Assembly (NCBI GenBank): GCA_965223845.1
Contig: CBDCXR010000004.1
Span: forward strand, 3,008,001 to 3,072,000
Length of the DNA: 64,000 nucleotides
From: Planctomycetota bacterium
Lineage (GTDB): Bacteria > Planctomycetota > UBA8108 > SXIK01
Direction: 5' to 3'
Below, piece by piece: positions 30,159 to 40,272 of this stretch. The notes under the pieces were generated by a model. The model was not told where the DNA came from, did not search any database, and worked only from the letters and a program-made list of their open reading frames with translations. Every line of letters begins with the position of its first letter. The first letter of the stretch is position 1. A program made the position numbers and the translations under genes.

Positions 30159-30767
30159 TCAATCCTCGCGAAACGTTCGCGCTCGTCCCCACTCTCCCGT
30201 AAACACCAGCTCGCTCAGAGCGCGGCGCGATCGCGGCGCTTCGTCGCGCTCGCGCAGGCCGTCCGGCAGAGCTGACACATCCTCCGCCGGGTAGCCGATC
30301 GCGATGCCGGTGACGGCTTCGTGGCCTTCGGGGATCCCGAACTCCTCCACCGCGCGCTCGGGGAGAATCCCGGCCATCTGGTGTACCGAGATCCCCCGCG
30401 CCGTAGCTTCAACCGAGAGATTGGCGACCGCCAGGCCGACATCGTGGAACGAGTGGCGATTGTCCCGCCCGTTTCGCGCGAACCGCGTACTCGCCACCGC
30501 GAGAGCGAGGACGGACGCATCCTTCGCCCACGCCTGATTCGGCTCGACGAGACACGAGAGAATGCGGTCGAACTCGGAGCCCTCCGCTCTCGTCGCGACG
30601 ATGAACCGCCAGGGCTGTTCGTTGAACGACGACGGCGCCCAGCGCGCCGCTTCGAACAGCGAGCCGAGGTCCGACGCCGAAATAGCACGCGAGCTGAAGC
30701 CGTAGGGGCTCCAGCGGCCGGAGATCACCGCGTGCACGGGATGGGTGGTGTCCGGATCCTTGCTCAT
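30159..30767 (-). CDS. Nitroreductase family protein
   Basis: RWSPYGF, LFEAARWAPSSFNEQPWRF and HQMAG; AGAGGAGG RBS. Confidence 0.92.
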   Translation of the reverse strand: MSKDPDTTHPVHAVISGRWSPYGFSSRAISASDLGSLFEAARWAPSSFNEQPWRFIVATRAEGSEFDRILSCLVEPNQAWAKDASVLALAVASTRFARNGRDNRHSFHDVGLAVANLSVEATARGISVHQMAGILPERAVEEFGIPEGHEAVTGIAIGYPAEDVSALPDGLRERDEAPRSRRALSELVFTGEWGRARTFRED

Positions 30768-30792
30768 GTCGCCTCCTCTGTCGCGTGATCGC

Positions 30793-32073
30793 TCACGCGC
30801 CCGACTGACGTCGAAGCTCCGCGATCACTTCGGCGACCTTGGCTGGATCCTCCGCCGCCTTCACTTCCGTATTCTTGTACGCGAGCTTGCCGTCGGGTCC
30901 GAAGACGAACGTCCAGCGGGCGGCGCTTCCGCCCCGAACGAGAACGTGTTCCTCGCCGCCGACGTTCCGAACGAGCTCTCCGCCCTTTCCGAACGGGACT
31001 CCGAACGAACGTGCGATCCGCCCATCAAAATCGGCGAGCAGGGTGAAATTGAGATCGTGAGCTCGCTTGAACACCTGATGGTTGTAGACCGAATCGCCGC
31101 TCACTCCCACGACCTCGACACCGCTCTTTCGGAGGGCATCCATCCCGTCTCGAAATCCGCAGGCCTGCTTCGTGCACCCACCGGTCATGTCCGCCGGGTA
31201 GAAGTAGACGACGAGGATCTTTCCGGCGTGATCCTTTGAGCGCCAGATCTTACCCGCGTCATCGAGCGCCACGATGCGGGGCATCTTCTTTCCGAGCGGA
31301 AGCTTCTCCTTCTTCGGCTTCTTTTCCTTCTTCTTTTGCTTCGCCTTCTCGTCGCCAGCGACTTGCGCCTGCTTCGCGCCCGCCGGGGCCGCACCGTCGC
31401 GCTCTCGCAGAAAGGCGACGAGCTCCGCGAGCTGCTCGCTCGAGTAGCTCGGCTTCTTCTCGTACTTGATCCCACAGCCGAACTGACGGGTCTCGGACTC
31501 CGCCGGAGCCTCGCTCGCGAGCACCGCGCGAGTCGCGTCGCGGAGATACTCTTTCGTTACTTTGTCGGGCGACTGGTTGTCGTCGAACGCCCCCATGTAG
31601 GCGATTTTCCGCTCGCCGTCGAGCAAGAAGAAGTGGGGCGTCACCGCAGCGCCGTACGCTCGCGCGATCTTTTGCGACGGATCGTAGAGGTACGGGAAAT
31701 CAAAGCCCTTCTTCTTCGCGCGCTCCACCATCGCTTCGAGGCGATCGCCCTTCTTGTTGTTGACGTTGATCGCGACGAGCGCGACACCTTTTGAGCGGTA
31801 CTCCTGCGCAAACTTCGCGATGCGGTCCTCGTATGCCACCGCGACCGGACAACCGTTACAGGTAAAGACGACGACGACGGCCTTCGCCTTCTTCAAATCC
31901 GCTAGGCTGTGCTCGCGGAGATCCGTCCCGACGAGTCCGCTCCACGCCGGCGCGGGCGCGCCGATCTCGAGGACGTCGTTGAACTTTCCGGCGCGCGACT
32001 CGCCCGGAACGAGAGTTACTGCCAAGACGGCGACGAAAAAACCGAGCTGAAACGAGCGATGATCGTGACGCAT
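30793..32073 (-). CDS. Secreted AhpC/TSA thioredoxin-like domain + peroxiredoxin (BCP-like) fusion
   Basis: FTCNGCP...FGCGIKY domain, Lys-rich linker, then YFYPADMTGGCTKQACGFRD. Confidence 0.85.
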   Translation of the reverse strand: MRHDHRSFQLGFFVAVLAVTLVPGESRAGKFNDVLEIGAPAPAWSGLVGTDLREHSLADLKKAKAVVVVFTCNGCPVAVAYEDRIAKFAQEYRSKGVALVAINVNNKKGDRLEAMVERAKKKGFDFPYLYDPSQKIARAYGAAVTPHFFLLDGERKIAYMGAFDDNQSPDKVTKEYLRDATRAVLASEAPAESETRQFGCGIKYEKKPSYSSEQLAELVAFLRERDGAAPAGAKQAQVAGDEKAKQKKKEKKPKKEKLPLGKKMPRIVALDDAGKIWRSKDHAGKILVVYFYPADMTGGCTKQACGFRDGMDALRKSGVEVVGVSGDSVYNHQVFKRAHDLNFTLLADFDGRIARSFGVPFGKGGELVRNVGGEEHVLVRGGSAARWTFVFGPDGKLAYKNTEVKAAEDPAKVAEVIAELRRQSGA

Positions 32074-32186
32074 GAATGAGTCTCCCGGCGATAGAATCAC
32101 TCTCGGCTCGCGCCGCAGGGCGCGAGGCCTGAAGGCATGCCCGGATTCTCGACCGAGACGTTCCACCGATCAAGCGAGATCGACTC

Positions 32187-33335
32187 ATGCGTAGAGATTC
32201 TCTGAGAGCAGCGACCTCGTGGAGCGCGGCTCTCGTCGCCGGGATCGGGGCCTCGCTCCTTCTTCCGGCCCACGCGGCCGAGCCGGGCGCTCCCGCCGAC
32301 GGACTCGGCATCGGCGATACCGCTGTCGACTTCGCCCTGCCCGGCGTCGACGGCAAGATGTATCGGCTCCGTGACTTCGCGGGGACGAAGGTCCTCGTCG
32401 TCGTCTTCACCTGCAATCACTGTCCGACCGCTCAGCTCTACGAGTCGCGTATCCAGGGACTCGCCCGCGAGTTTCGCGCGCGAGGTGTCGCTCTCGTCGC
32501 CATCTCCCCGAACGACCCGGAGGCGGTTCGCCTCGACGAGCTCGGCTACACGGACGTGGGCGACTCGCTCGCCGACATGCAGGTTCGCGCGCAGGAGCGG
32601 CGATTCGATTTTCCGTATCTCTACGACGGCGACTCGCAGGCCGTCTCGCGAGCGTACGGCCCGGCCGCGACTCCGCACGTCTTTGTATTCGACCGCGCAC
32701 GGAAACTCCGCTACAGCGGCCGCATCGACGATTCGGAGAGCGGACGAGACATCGGCAGCCGCGATGCGCGCGACGCGATTCTTGCGCTGCTCGACGGAGG
32801 CGCACCACCCAAGGAGAAGACACGCGTTTTCGGCTGCTCGATCAAGTGGTCCGACAAGCGCGGAGACAACAGGAGATTCCTCGCGAAGCTCGCCCGGCTT
32901 CCGGTGAAGTTGGATGATCTCTCAATTGCGGATGTCCCGCGTCTCCGCGAGAACAAAAGCGGAAAGCTCCGGCTCGTCAATCTCTGGGCGACGTGGTGCG
33001 CGCCCTGCGTCGCGGAGTTCCCCGAGCTGGTCACGACCGATCGGATGTACCGCCACCGCGACTTCGAATTCGTTTCGCTCTCCATCGATGCGATGGACGA
33101 CCGGGACCGTGCGCTCCAGATGCTCAAGAAGTTCGAGGCCTCGAACCGGAACCTCATCTACAGCTCGTCGAGCCGTGATGCGCTCGCAGACGCGATGGAT
33201 CCATCGTGGTCGGGAGCGCTGCCACTCACTCTTCTCATCGCTCCGGGCGGGAAAATCGTCTACCGCCGCGTCGGTCGGGTGGATGTGCTCGATCTTCGGC
33301 GGACGATTGTGCGTGAGCTCGCGCCCTGGAAATAA
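32187..33335 (+). CDS. Secreted tandem redoxin protein (AhpC/TSA + TlpA-like)
   Basis: FTCNHCP...FGCSIKW, then VNLWATWCAPCVAEFP. Confidence 0.88.
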   Translation: MRRDSLRAATSWSAALVAGIGASLLLPAHAAEPGAPADGLGIGDTAVDFALPGVDGKMYRLRDFAGTKVLVVVFTCNHCPTAQLYESRIQGLAREFRARGVALVAISPNDPEAVRLDELGYTDVGDSLADMQVRAQERRFDFPYLYDGDSQAVSRAYGPAATPHVFVFDRARKLRYSGRIDDSESGRDIGSRDARDAILALLDGGAPPKEKTRVFGCSIKWSDKRGDNRRFLAKLARLPVKLDDLSIADVPRLRENKSGKLRLVNLWATWCAPCVAEFPELVTTDRMYRHRDFEFVSLSIDAMDDRDRALQMLKKFEASNRNLIYSSSSRDALADAMDPSWSGALPLTLLIAPGGKIVYRRVGRVDVLDLRRTIVRELAPWK

Positions 33336-33385
33336 ACGGATCGGCGTGCCCGGGAGTCTGGCAGAGGGCTCTTCTCGAGACGACG

Positions 33386-33483
33386 CTAGCGCGGATTTCT
33401 CACCAGATTCCGTGAGCGACACATCCGATGCTCGATTCGCGCTTGCGGTGGTGCAGCAGAATCTGGTGAGAAGTCCGGGCTAG
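33386..33483. mobile_element. MITE-like element or long inverted repeat bounded by CTAG
   Basis: Arms CGGATTTCTCACCAGATTC (33392-33410) and GAATCTGGTGAGAAGTCCG (33459-33477) are 18/19 complementary; CTAG at 33386 and 33480. Confidence 0.45.
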
Positions 33484-35273
33484 GTTCGAGTCAGAAGCAG
33501 AAGGCGGAATTCGAGAATCTGTCCCCCAGGATTGTCGATGGCGCGAAGAACTAGCGGCCCGCGCCCGGGTGCGAGGTCGATGGTCCCGACGTGCCATTGG
33601 CGAAAGTCCTTCACGTAGGACTCCACACGCTTGACGCGATCGTGCTCCGCGCCGCGAATCGGCGGATCGTGAGCCTCCTCCAGCTTTCCTCGCAGCTTCG
33701 CGTCGCCAAACGCTAGCTCGATCGTCGCGCCTTCGTCTCCGGCCGGGCACGCATAGTAGATCTCGACTTCGTACCGACCGGCCTCGAGAACCTCGACGTC
33801 CCACGCGATCTCGTCGCCCACGCGAGTCCAGTTCGTGAAGTAGGAACAGTTCGGGAATCGGTTCGAGCGTCGAATCTCGCCGCCCGCCTTCGCGTCTCGC
33901 GCGGGAAGCTGCGTGTAGCGAAAGTTCGGATGTCCCACGACGAACGGCCGGCGGTCGACGCGGCCTGCCGGCGCGTCTTCCATGCCGACGTCGCGACGAA
34001 ACGCCGCGACCGCACTCCGCAGCCGGCTCGCGATCTCCGGGTTGGTCTCCGCGAGGTCGCGGTCCTGTCCCGGATCCGTCGACAAATCGAAGAGCCGTCC
34101 GCGGTGATCGAGCCGATACCGTCCGCTCCGCACGCTCACTCGGTTCCGCCAGGAGGAGAACAGATTCCGTTCCGGCTCGGTCGTCCTCGTCCCGAGAATC
34201 GCTCCCGCGAGACTGGTTCCGTCGAGGGGCTTCGCGCTTGCGATGTCGACGCCCGCGAGCTCGGCGAGCGTCGGAAGGAGATCGATCGCACCTCCGTACG
34301 CGGAGACGACCGTCTCCGGGCGGATCCGCGCCGGCCAACGGACGAGGAGCGGTGAACGCACGCCGCCTTCATCGGTCGATCCCTTGCGCCCGCGCATTCC
34401 CCCGTTCCATCGCCACCCGTTCGGACCGTTGTCACAGAAGTAGACGACGATGGTATTGTCACGGAGGGACAGCGCCTCGATTCGCGCGAGCAGCCTCCCG
34501 ACGTTCCAGTCGATGTTTTCGCACATCGCGAGCGCGGCGCGTTGATGCGGCAGGTCTTCCTTCTCCGGATCGCGATGGCGCCGTTCGAGCTTTCGATCTT
34601 TGAATTTCTTCCACCACCGCTCCGGCACCTGCATCGGCGAGTGCGGGGTGTTGTAGGCGAGGTAACAGAAGAACGGACGTTCGCGATTCGTCTCGATGAA
34701 CGCCATCGCGCGCTCGGTAAAATCGTCGATCACAAACCCCCGCCCACGCACCATCCGCCCGTTGTGCTCGAGCGGAGGACTGAAGTAGTTCCCCCAGTGG
34801 CCGGAGCAGAACCCGTAGAACTCGTCGAATCCGCGGCCGTTCGGGTGGTAGGGATACTGCATGCCGTTGTGCCACTTCCCGAACGCTCCGGTGGCGTAGC
34901 CCGCGGACTTGAACGTGTCCGCGATCGTGCGTTCGTCGAGATCGAGCCGCTCTCCGCCCGCCGAGGTCGAGTAAACGCCGCACCTCTGGTGGTACCGACC
35001 GGTGAGAAACTCGGCCCGGGTCGGCGAACAGACTGGCGCGACGTAGAAGCGTTCGAAGCGCGCACCGTCGCGCGCCAGTCCGTCGATGTTCGGCGTAGAG
35101 AGATCGGTGTTCCCGTTCAGGCTGAGGTCTCCCCAACCCTGGTCGTCGGTGAGGATCACCACGACGTTGGGCCGGGGGGCATCCCGCGCGGCGAGCGGAA
35201 CTCGTGGTAAAGCCGCCCCCGTGAGGACGACCAGCAGAAGAACGACGCGAGGATGGTGAGGTCTGCGCGGCAT
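33480..35273 (-). CDS. Arylsulfatase with a C-terminal beta-sandwich extension
   Basis: [34 protein letters not shown] and CDNGP. Confidence 0.92.
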   Translation of the reverse strand: MPRRPHHPRVVLLLVVLTGAALPRVPLAARDAPRPNVVVILTDDQGWGDLSLNGNTDLSTPNIDGLARDGARFERFYVAPVCSPTRAEFLTGRYHQRCGVYSTSAGGERLDLDERTIADTFKSAGYATGAFGKWHNGMQYPYHPNGRGFDEFYGFCSGHWGNYFSPPLEHNGRMVRGRGFVIDDFTERAMAFIETNRERPFFCYLAYNTPHSPMQVPERWWKKFKDRKLERRHRDPEKEDLPHQRAALAMCENIDWNVGRLLARIEALSLRDNTIVVYFCDNGPNGWRWNGGMRGRKGSTDEGGVRSPLLVRWPARIRPETVVSAYGGAIDLLPTLAELAGVDIASAKPLDGTSLAGAILGTRTTEPERNLFSSWRNRVSVRSGRYRLDHRGRLFDLSTDPGQDRDLAETNPEIASRLRSAVAAFRRDVGMEDAPAGRVDRRPFVVGHPNFRYTQLPARDAKAGGEIRRSNRFPNCSYFTNWTRVGDEIAWDVEVLEAGRYEVEIYYACPAGDEGATIELAFGDAKLRGKLEEAHDPPIRGAEHDRVKRVESYVKDFRQWHVGTIDLAPGRGPLVLRAIDNPGGQILEFRLLLLTRT

Positions 35274-35329
35274 CGGGTATCTTTCCTGAACGGAGAAAGG
35301 ATAGAAACTAACACAAAGGAATTGAATCG

Positions 35330-36565
35330 ATGCGCATCCAGATCGGAGTGGTCTTACTGGGGCTCCTCGCACCCCCTTCTCTCGCGCTCTCTAAGGACGA
35401 GTCGACACTCGCGCTCGACCCGTCACGTCAGTGGCAGAAGCACACCATCAACGACCGCTCGCCATACGAAGCCGCGGGGGTTGGAGATTTCAACCGCGAC
35501 GGAAAGCTCGACGTCTTCAGCGGCGACTCGTGGTACGAGGCTCCCTCGTGGAAGCGCCACAAGGTGCGCGATCTCCCGGCGAGCCCGAACCCGCACTACG
35601 CGGAGGATTTCGCCGATCTTCCTCTCGACGTCAACGGCGACGGCTACACCGACATCGTGACCTGCACGTACTTCACGAACCGAATCGGCTGGGTCGAGCA
35701 TCCCGGTGGCGATCCGACGATGCCGTGGATCGAGCACACGATCGACACCCCGTCGTCGAGTGAAACGGGGCAGCTCGTCGACATCAACGGCGACGGCGCG
35801 CTCGACTTTCTCCCAAACACCGTCAGCGTAGTGACGTGGTACGAGCTGGCGGCGAACAAGCCGACCGTCGCGTGGAAGAAGCACGATTTAGGCAGGAAGG
35901 GTGCCGGCCACGGCATAGGCGTCGGGGACATCAACAGCGACGGTCGCACGGACATCATCACTCCGAAAGGCTGGTACGAGCAACCCGCCGACGCGACGGT
36001 CGACGATTGGCCGTTTCATGCTGAATTCGGTCTCGGTGGTGCGAGCATCCTCATCATCGGGAAGGATTTCGATGGCGACGGGGACACCGACATCCTCTCC
36101 GGCATGGGACACGCCTACGGACTTAGGTGGCTCAAGCAATCGAAGAAACCGTCCGGCGAACGGGAGTGGACGGACGAGTGGATCGACAAGTCGTTCTCGC
36201 AGGTCCACACGCTCCATCTCGCCGACCTCGACGGTGACTCCCGGCCGGAAGTGATCACGGGAAAGCGGGTGTACGCCCACGAGGTCGAGCCCGGCGCGAC
36301 CGACGCCCCGTGCGTCTACACGTTTCGCTACGACCGGGAGAAGGCGCAGTGGGTGAAACGAGTTCTTTACGAGGGAAAGCCCGCGGTCAACGCACCGAAA
36401 GAAGCGAAGGACCGCTGGGCGCTCGAGGATTTCGAGCGTGGAAGCGCCGGCACCGGACTCCAACTCGACGCGCGCGATCTCGACGGCGACGGCGACATCG
36501 ACGTCGTCTGTCCGGGAAAGTCCGGACTCTATTGGCTCGAGAATCCGCGCATCTCCGGAAAGTAG
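35330..36565 (+). CDS. Secreted FG-GAP/VCBS repeat protein
   Basis: Signal peptide; repeated DFNRDG, DVNGDG, DINGDG and DLDGDG motifs; GLYWLEN end. Confidence 0.88.
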   Translation: MRIQIGVVLLGLLAPPSLALSKDESTLALDPSRQWQKHTINDRSPYEAAGVGDFNRDGKLDVFSGDSWYEAPSWKRHKVRDLPASPNPHYAEDFADLPLDVNGDGYTDIVTCTYFTNRIGWVEHPGGDPTMPWIEHTIDTPSSSETGQLVDINGDGALDFLPNTVSVVTWYELAANKPTVAWKKHDLGRKGAGHGIGVGDINSDGRTDIITPKGWYEQPADATVDDWPFHAEFGLGGASILIIGKDFDGDGDTDILSGMGHAYGLRWLKQSKKPSGEREWTDEWIDKSFSQVHTLHLADLDGDSRPEVITGKRVYAHEVEPGATDAPCVYTFRYDREKAQWVKRVLYEGKPAVNAPKEAKDRWALEDFERGSAGTGLQLDARDLDGDGDIDVVCPGKSGLYWLENPRISGK

Positions 36566-36602
36566 CGAACGACGAGCGCGGGACGACCTTCGCGCGCCGC
36601 GA

Positions 36603-37523
36603 TCACTCGTTCAAGGTCATCCAGTCGAACTCGCCGCCGGATTCGTCCGCGAGGCCGAGGAGAAACTCCTCGTGAATCGGGTTCCGAGAGGCTCGAGGGT
36701 GCGCGAAGACCTGAATCGGAATTCCCTTCATGAAGGCGAGGTCGAGGACTTCGACCGACGCTCGACGAAGGTAATCGCTCTCGCGCGCGCCCCGGCAAGT
36801 CCCGACTCCGTCCGACACGTAGACGAGTCCCGGGAATCCCCGTTCAGCCGAGTCGAAGTAGGGAAACGCGCGGGTGAATCCGTCGATGGGACAAGTACTC
36901 ACGCCGAGCTCGACACCACTCAACCACCGAATGAGTGCTTCGGCGTCTTCGGGAGTTAGAGCGCGGACGGACGGGCCGCGCGGCCAGCGCGGAGGCTCGT
37001 CTCCGGAGAAAACGATCGCGACTTCGCGGCCCTCTTCCGCGAGACCGCGAATCAGTTGCGGAAACTCCTCTCGAACTCGCTCGAATCCACCGTTTTGGAA
37101 GAACGTGGGGGTACGGTCGACGAGGAAGACGATCGGATCGTACTCGATCTCCACGCCGAAGAACTTCGTGGACGACGAGGCGTCTTCACAAGGGGAAAAC
37201 CGTTCGCAACTGAGCCCGGACCGATCCTCGCCGCACTGTGCGAAAGGATCCATCGGCGGCCGTCCGCCCGCAAACAGGTAAAGCAGGATTGAAACCGCAT
37301 CGTCGATGGCGATCCCCCCTGAATCGTCGAAATCGGCGGCGGCGAGGCACGCCGGCGCCTCGCCGCTGTCGAATAGATAAGTCAGAGTGAAGATCGCGTC
37401 CGTGAATCGGAGAGCACCGTCTCCGTCCACGTCGCCGCGGCGAAACGGGTCGGCGCTGGCGCTCGAGAAGATTCCGAGCACCAGAAGCGCGCACACCAGA
37501 CTGAGACAACATACGCGTTTCAT
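36603..37523 (-). CDS. Secreted N-terminal dockerin-like domain + vWA-like domain protein
   Basis: FRRGDVDGDG...CLAAADFDDSG; IVFLVDRTPTF (degenerate MIDAS), YVSDG and LADESGG. Confidence 0.72.
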   Translation of the reverse strand: MKRVCCLSLVCALLVLGIFSSASADPFRRGDVDGDGALRFTDAIFTLTYLFDSGEAPACLAAADFDDSGGIAIDDAVSILLYLFAGGRPPMDPFAQCGEDRSGLSCERFSPCEDASSSTKFFGVEIEYDPIVFLVDRTPTFFQNGGFERVREEFPQLIRGLAEEGREVAIVFSGDEPPRWPRGPSVRALTPEDAEALIRWLSGVELGVSTCPIDGFTRAFPYFDSAERGFPGLVYVSDGVGTCRGARESDYLRRASVEVLDLAFMKGIPIQVFAHPRASRNPIHEEFLLGLADESGGEFDWMTLNE

Positions 37524-37645
37524 TCGCAGCTCTCCGTTCGCGCACTCCTCCCCGTTTAGATCAGGCCGGCATCACATGACCGATCCGTTCGCCGGGATAT
37601 AGGAAACTGCTATGGATCGAAAACGGACGGAAGACCGGCTCGTTC

Positions 37646-39004
37646 TCACAGAGTCCAACCCGACCGGTACTCCGGGCTGACCCACTTGTTCGCCGCCTCG
37701 ACGTTCGTCACCTTCATCGCCTTCGCATCCCACTTGAGCTCCTGCCCCGCGAAGCGAATCGCGACGGCTCCGAGGAGCGCGACCTCCGTGAGCGGTCCGC
37801 CGAAGTCCGCGAAGTCGGATCCGGCCTTGCGGCCGTTCCGGATTCCCTCGAGCCAATCTTGATGGTGGCCCTTGACGCGCGGAATCTTCTTGAGCGGCTG
37901 CTTGTAATCGTCGGCCAGTTCCTTCGGAATGATGCGCCGGCCGCCCGCACCGTGCGAGCCGTGGACGATCTTTCCCTTCGTGCCGTAGACGACGGCGCCG
38001 GTGCCGGGGAGATTTCCGTCGAGGCCTTCGGGACGCGGCGGACGCATCTTGCCGTCGAACCACGTGAGCTTGATCGGACCGCGCCTTCCCTTAGCCGGGA
38101 ACTGATACGTGATCTTCGATCCCGGCGGGTAGACGAGCACGTGCTTCTCGGGGTCGTAGCCCGGATCGACCTCGGCCTTGACCGACGTCGGCGCTCCGAG
38201 ATCGAGCGCCCAGAACGAAGGATCGAGGACGTGGCAGCCGAAGTCCCCCACCGCGCCCGTCCCGAACGGCATCCACCCACGCCAGTTCCACGGTACCCAA
38301 AGCGGACTGTACGCGATCTGCTGCGCGGGCCCGAGCCAGAGGTCGTAGTCGAGACCGTTCGGGACGTCGTGCTTCTCGGCTAGCTTCGGTAGCTTGTCCA
38401 TCTGACAATAAACGTGCGGGAAGGCATCGCAGCTCGCGTGCACTTCCGTCACGTCGCCGATCGCCCCGTCCCAGACCCACTCACAGAACGAGCGAATCGA
38501 CTCCGACGAGTGTCCTTGGTTCCCGAGCTGCGTGACGACGCGCTTCTCTCGCGAGAGCTTCCGAATCGCGCGGACCTCGTGGATCGAGTGCGCGAGCGGC
38601 TTTTCGCAGTAGACGTGCTTCCCGCGCCGGAGCGCATCCATCACGGCGACCGCGTGCGTGTGATCGGGCGTTCCGACCGTGACCGCGTCGATCTGCCCGT
38701 CGACCGCGTCGAGCATCTTGCGGAAGTCCTTGAACTTCGCCGCCTTCGGGTAGTCTTTGTAGGTTCCCGCGGCGCGCCCGTCGTCGACGTCGCAGAGCGC
38801 GACGATGTTGTCGTTCTTGCAGGCGTTCACGCTAGCTCGCCCGCGTCCACCGATGCCGATGCAGGCGACGCCGATCTTTTCGTTCGGCGTCGGCCGATTC
38901 GGCCCGCCGAGGATCGAAGCGGGCGCGATGCTGAAGAGCGCAACACCGCCGGCCGTGCCGCTCAAGAACTGTCGCCGATTGACGCGTTTCGGGGTCTTCG
39001 ACAT
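37646..39004 (-). CDS. Tat-exported Gfo/Idh/MocA family oxidoreductase
   Basis: NRRQFL Tat motif, IGIGGRG, TPDHTHA, HVYCEKP and GDFGCH. Confidence 0.92.
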   Translation of the reverse strand: MSKTPKRVNRRQFLSGTAGGVALFSIAPASILGGPNRPTPNEKIGVACIGIGGRGRASVNACKNDNIVALCDVDDGRAAGTYKDYPKAAKFKDFRKMLDAVDGQIDAVTVGTPDHTHAVAVMDALRRGKHVYCEKPLAHSIHEVRAIRKLSREKRVVTQLGNQGHSSESIRSFCEWVWDGAIGDVTEVHASCDAFPHVYCQMDKLPKLAEKHDVPNGLDYDLWLGPAQQIAYSPLWVPWNWRGWMPFGTGAVGDFGCHVLDPSFWALDLGAPTSVKAEVDPGYDPEKHVLVYPPGSKITYQFPAKGRRGPIKLTWFDGKMRPPRPEGLDGNLPGTGAVVYGTKGKIVHGSHGAGGRRIIPKELADDYKQPLKKIPRVKGHHQDWLEGIRNGRKAGSDFADFGGPLTEVALLGAVAIRFAGQELKWDAKAMKVTNVEAANKWVSPEYRSGWTL

Positions 39005-39235
39005 TTCTGAATCTCCGTCGTATCTCCGCGTTCGTCGTTCCGCCGAGAGGGCAAGGAAGCGTTCGAAAGAGCTACCGCTGATTCTGAACGACCGGCGAGA
39101 GCGGATCAACGCTAACCTGAACCTCAGGCGCGCGTACCTGCCAGCAGATCGCGCGTTCGGAGCGGCCACCTCTCGTTACAATGGTGCGAACACGGGCGCG
39201 CCGTCTCTCGCGAACGCTGCCATGATCGGAGGACC

Positions 39236-40255
39236 ATGCTCGAATCGTGTAGGTCGATCCAACCGGTGCCGGAGCGAGCTCTATCGGCCGCATCGCTCGT
39301 CGCGGTCGTGCTAGCGCTCGCCCTTCCGAGTGCCTGCAGTCCCGCGCACGAGCGCTCTCGCAGCGGCTCGCCCCCCTCAGGGGCGACTCGACGATCCGAG
39401 ACGATCGCACTCGGCCGCGATCTCTTCTTCGACCCGCGCTTATCTCGAACCAATCGCGTCGCGTGCGCGACGTGCCATCGACCCGAGCTCGCGTTTACGG
39501 ACGGCAGGCGGTTCGCGGTCGGAGTCGAGGATCGTCGCGGAACGAGAAACACACCGAGTCTCCTAGGGGTCGCCGAGCAGTCGTCGTTCTTCCTGGACGG
39601 ACGCGCGAGCTCACTCGAAGCGCAGGCGCTCCTCCCGATCGAGAACCCGCGCGAAATGGATTCCCGGCTCACCGACGTGATCGCAGCCATCGATGACGAC
39701 TCGGAGTATCGTCGCCGGTTTCAGACTGTGTTCGGCGGTCGAGTCACGTCCGCGCGCATCGCCGAGGCGATCGCCGCGTTCGAACGAACTCTGACGGCGC
39801 CCGAGACACCATTCGACCGCCATCTCGCGGGCGACTCCGACGCGCTGTCTCCAGCCGCTGAGCGAGGGATGGCGCTGTTCTTTTCCGACGCGCGCTGTTC
39901 AGAGTGTCACCCGAGTCCGCGATTGACCGACGGCGAGTTTCACAACGTCGGTGCGGCCGACCCCGCACTTCCCGTCGACGAAGGTCGGCGCGCCGTCACC
40001 GGTCGCCGGGAAGATGAAGGCGCGTTCAAGACTCCGGCGCTTCGGAACGTTTCGCAGACCGCACCCTACATGCACAATGGTCGCTTCAAGACGCTGCGCG
40101 AAGTTGTCGAGCACTACAACTTCGGCGCGGTGAACCCGCTCGGGAACGAACACCGCGACGAGCGCCTCGAAGTGCTCTATCTGAGCGAGGACCAGGTCGA
40201 CGACCTCGTCGCGTTCCTCACCCAAGGACTCACGAGCTCGCCCGAATCCAACTAG
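39236..40255 (+). CDS. Di-heme cytochrome c peroxidase / MauG-MbnH superfamily lipoprotein
   Basis: LGRDLFFDPRLS, CATCH, RNTPS, CSECH, FKTPALRN and PYMHNG; lipobox LPSAC. Confidence 0.88.
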   Translation: MLESCRSIQPVPERALSAASLVAVVLALALPSACSPAHERSRSGSPPSGATRRSETIALGRDLFFDPRLSRTNRVACATCHRPELAFTDGRRFAVGVEDRRGTRNTPSLLGVAEQSSFFLDGRASSLEAQALLPIENPREMDSRLTDVIAAIDDDSEYRRRFQTVFGGRVTSARIAEAIAAFERTLTAPETPFDRHLAGDSDALSPAAERGMALFFSDARCSECHPSPRLTDGEFHNVGAADPALPVDEGRRAVTGRREDEGAFKTPALRNVSQTAPYMHNGRFKTLREVVEHYNFGAVNPLGNEHRDERLEVLYLSEDQVDDLVAFLTQGLTSSPESN

Positions 40256-40272
40256 GAAGATAGGACTCTCCG

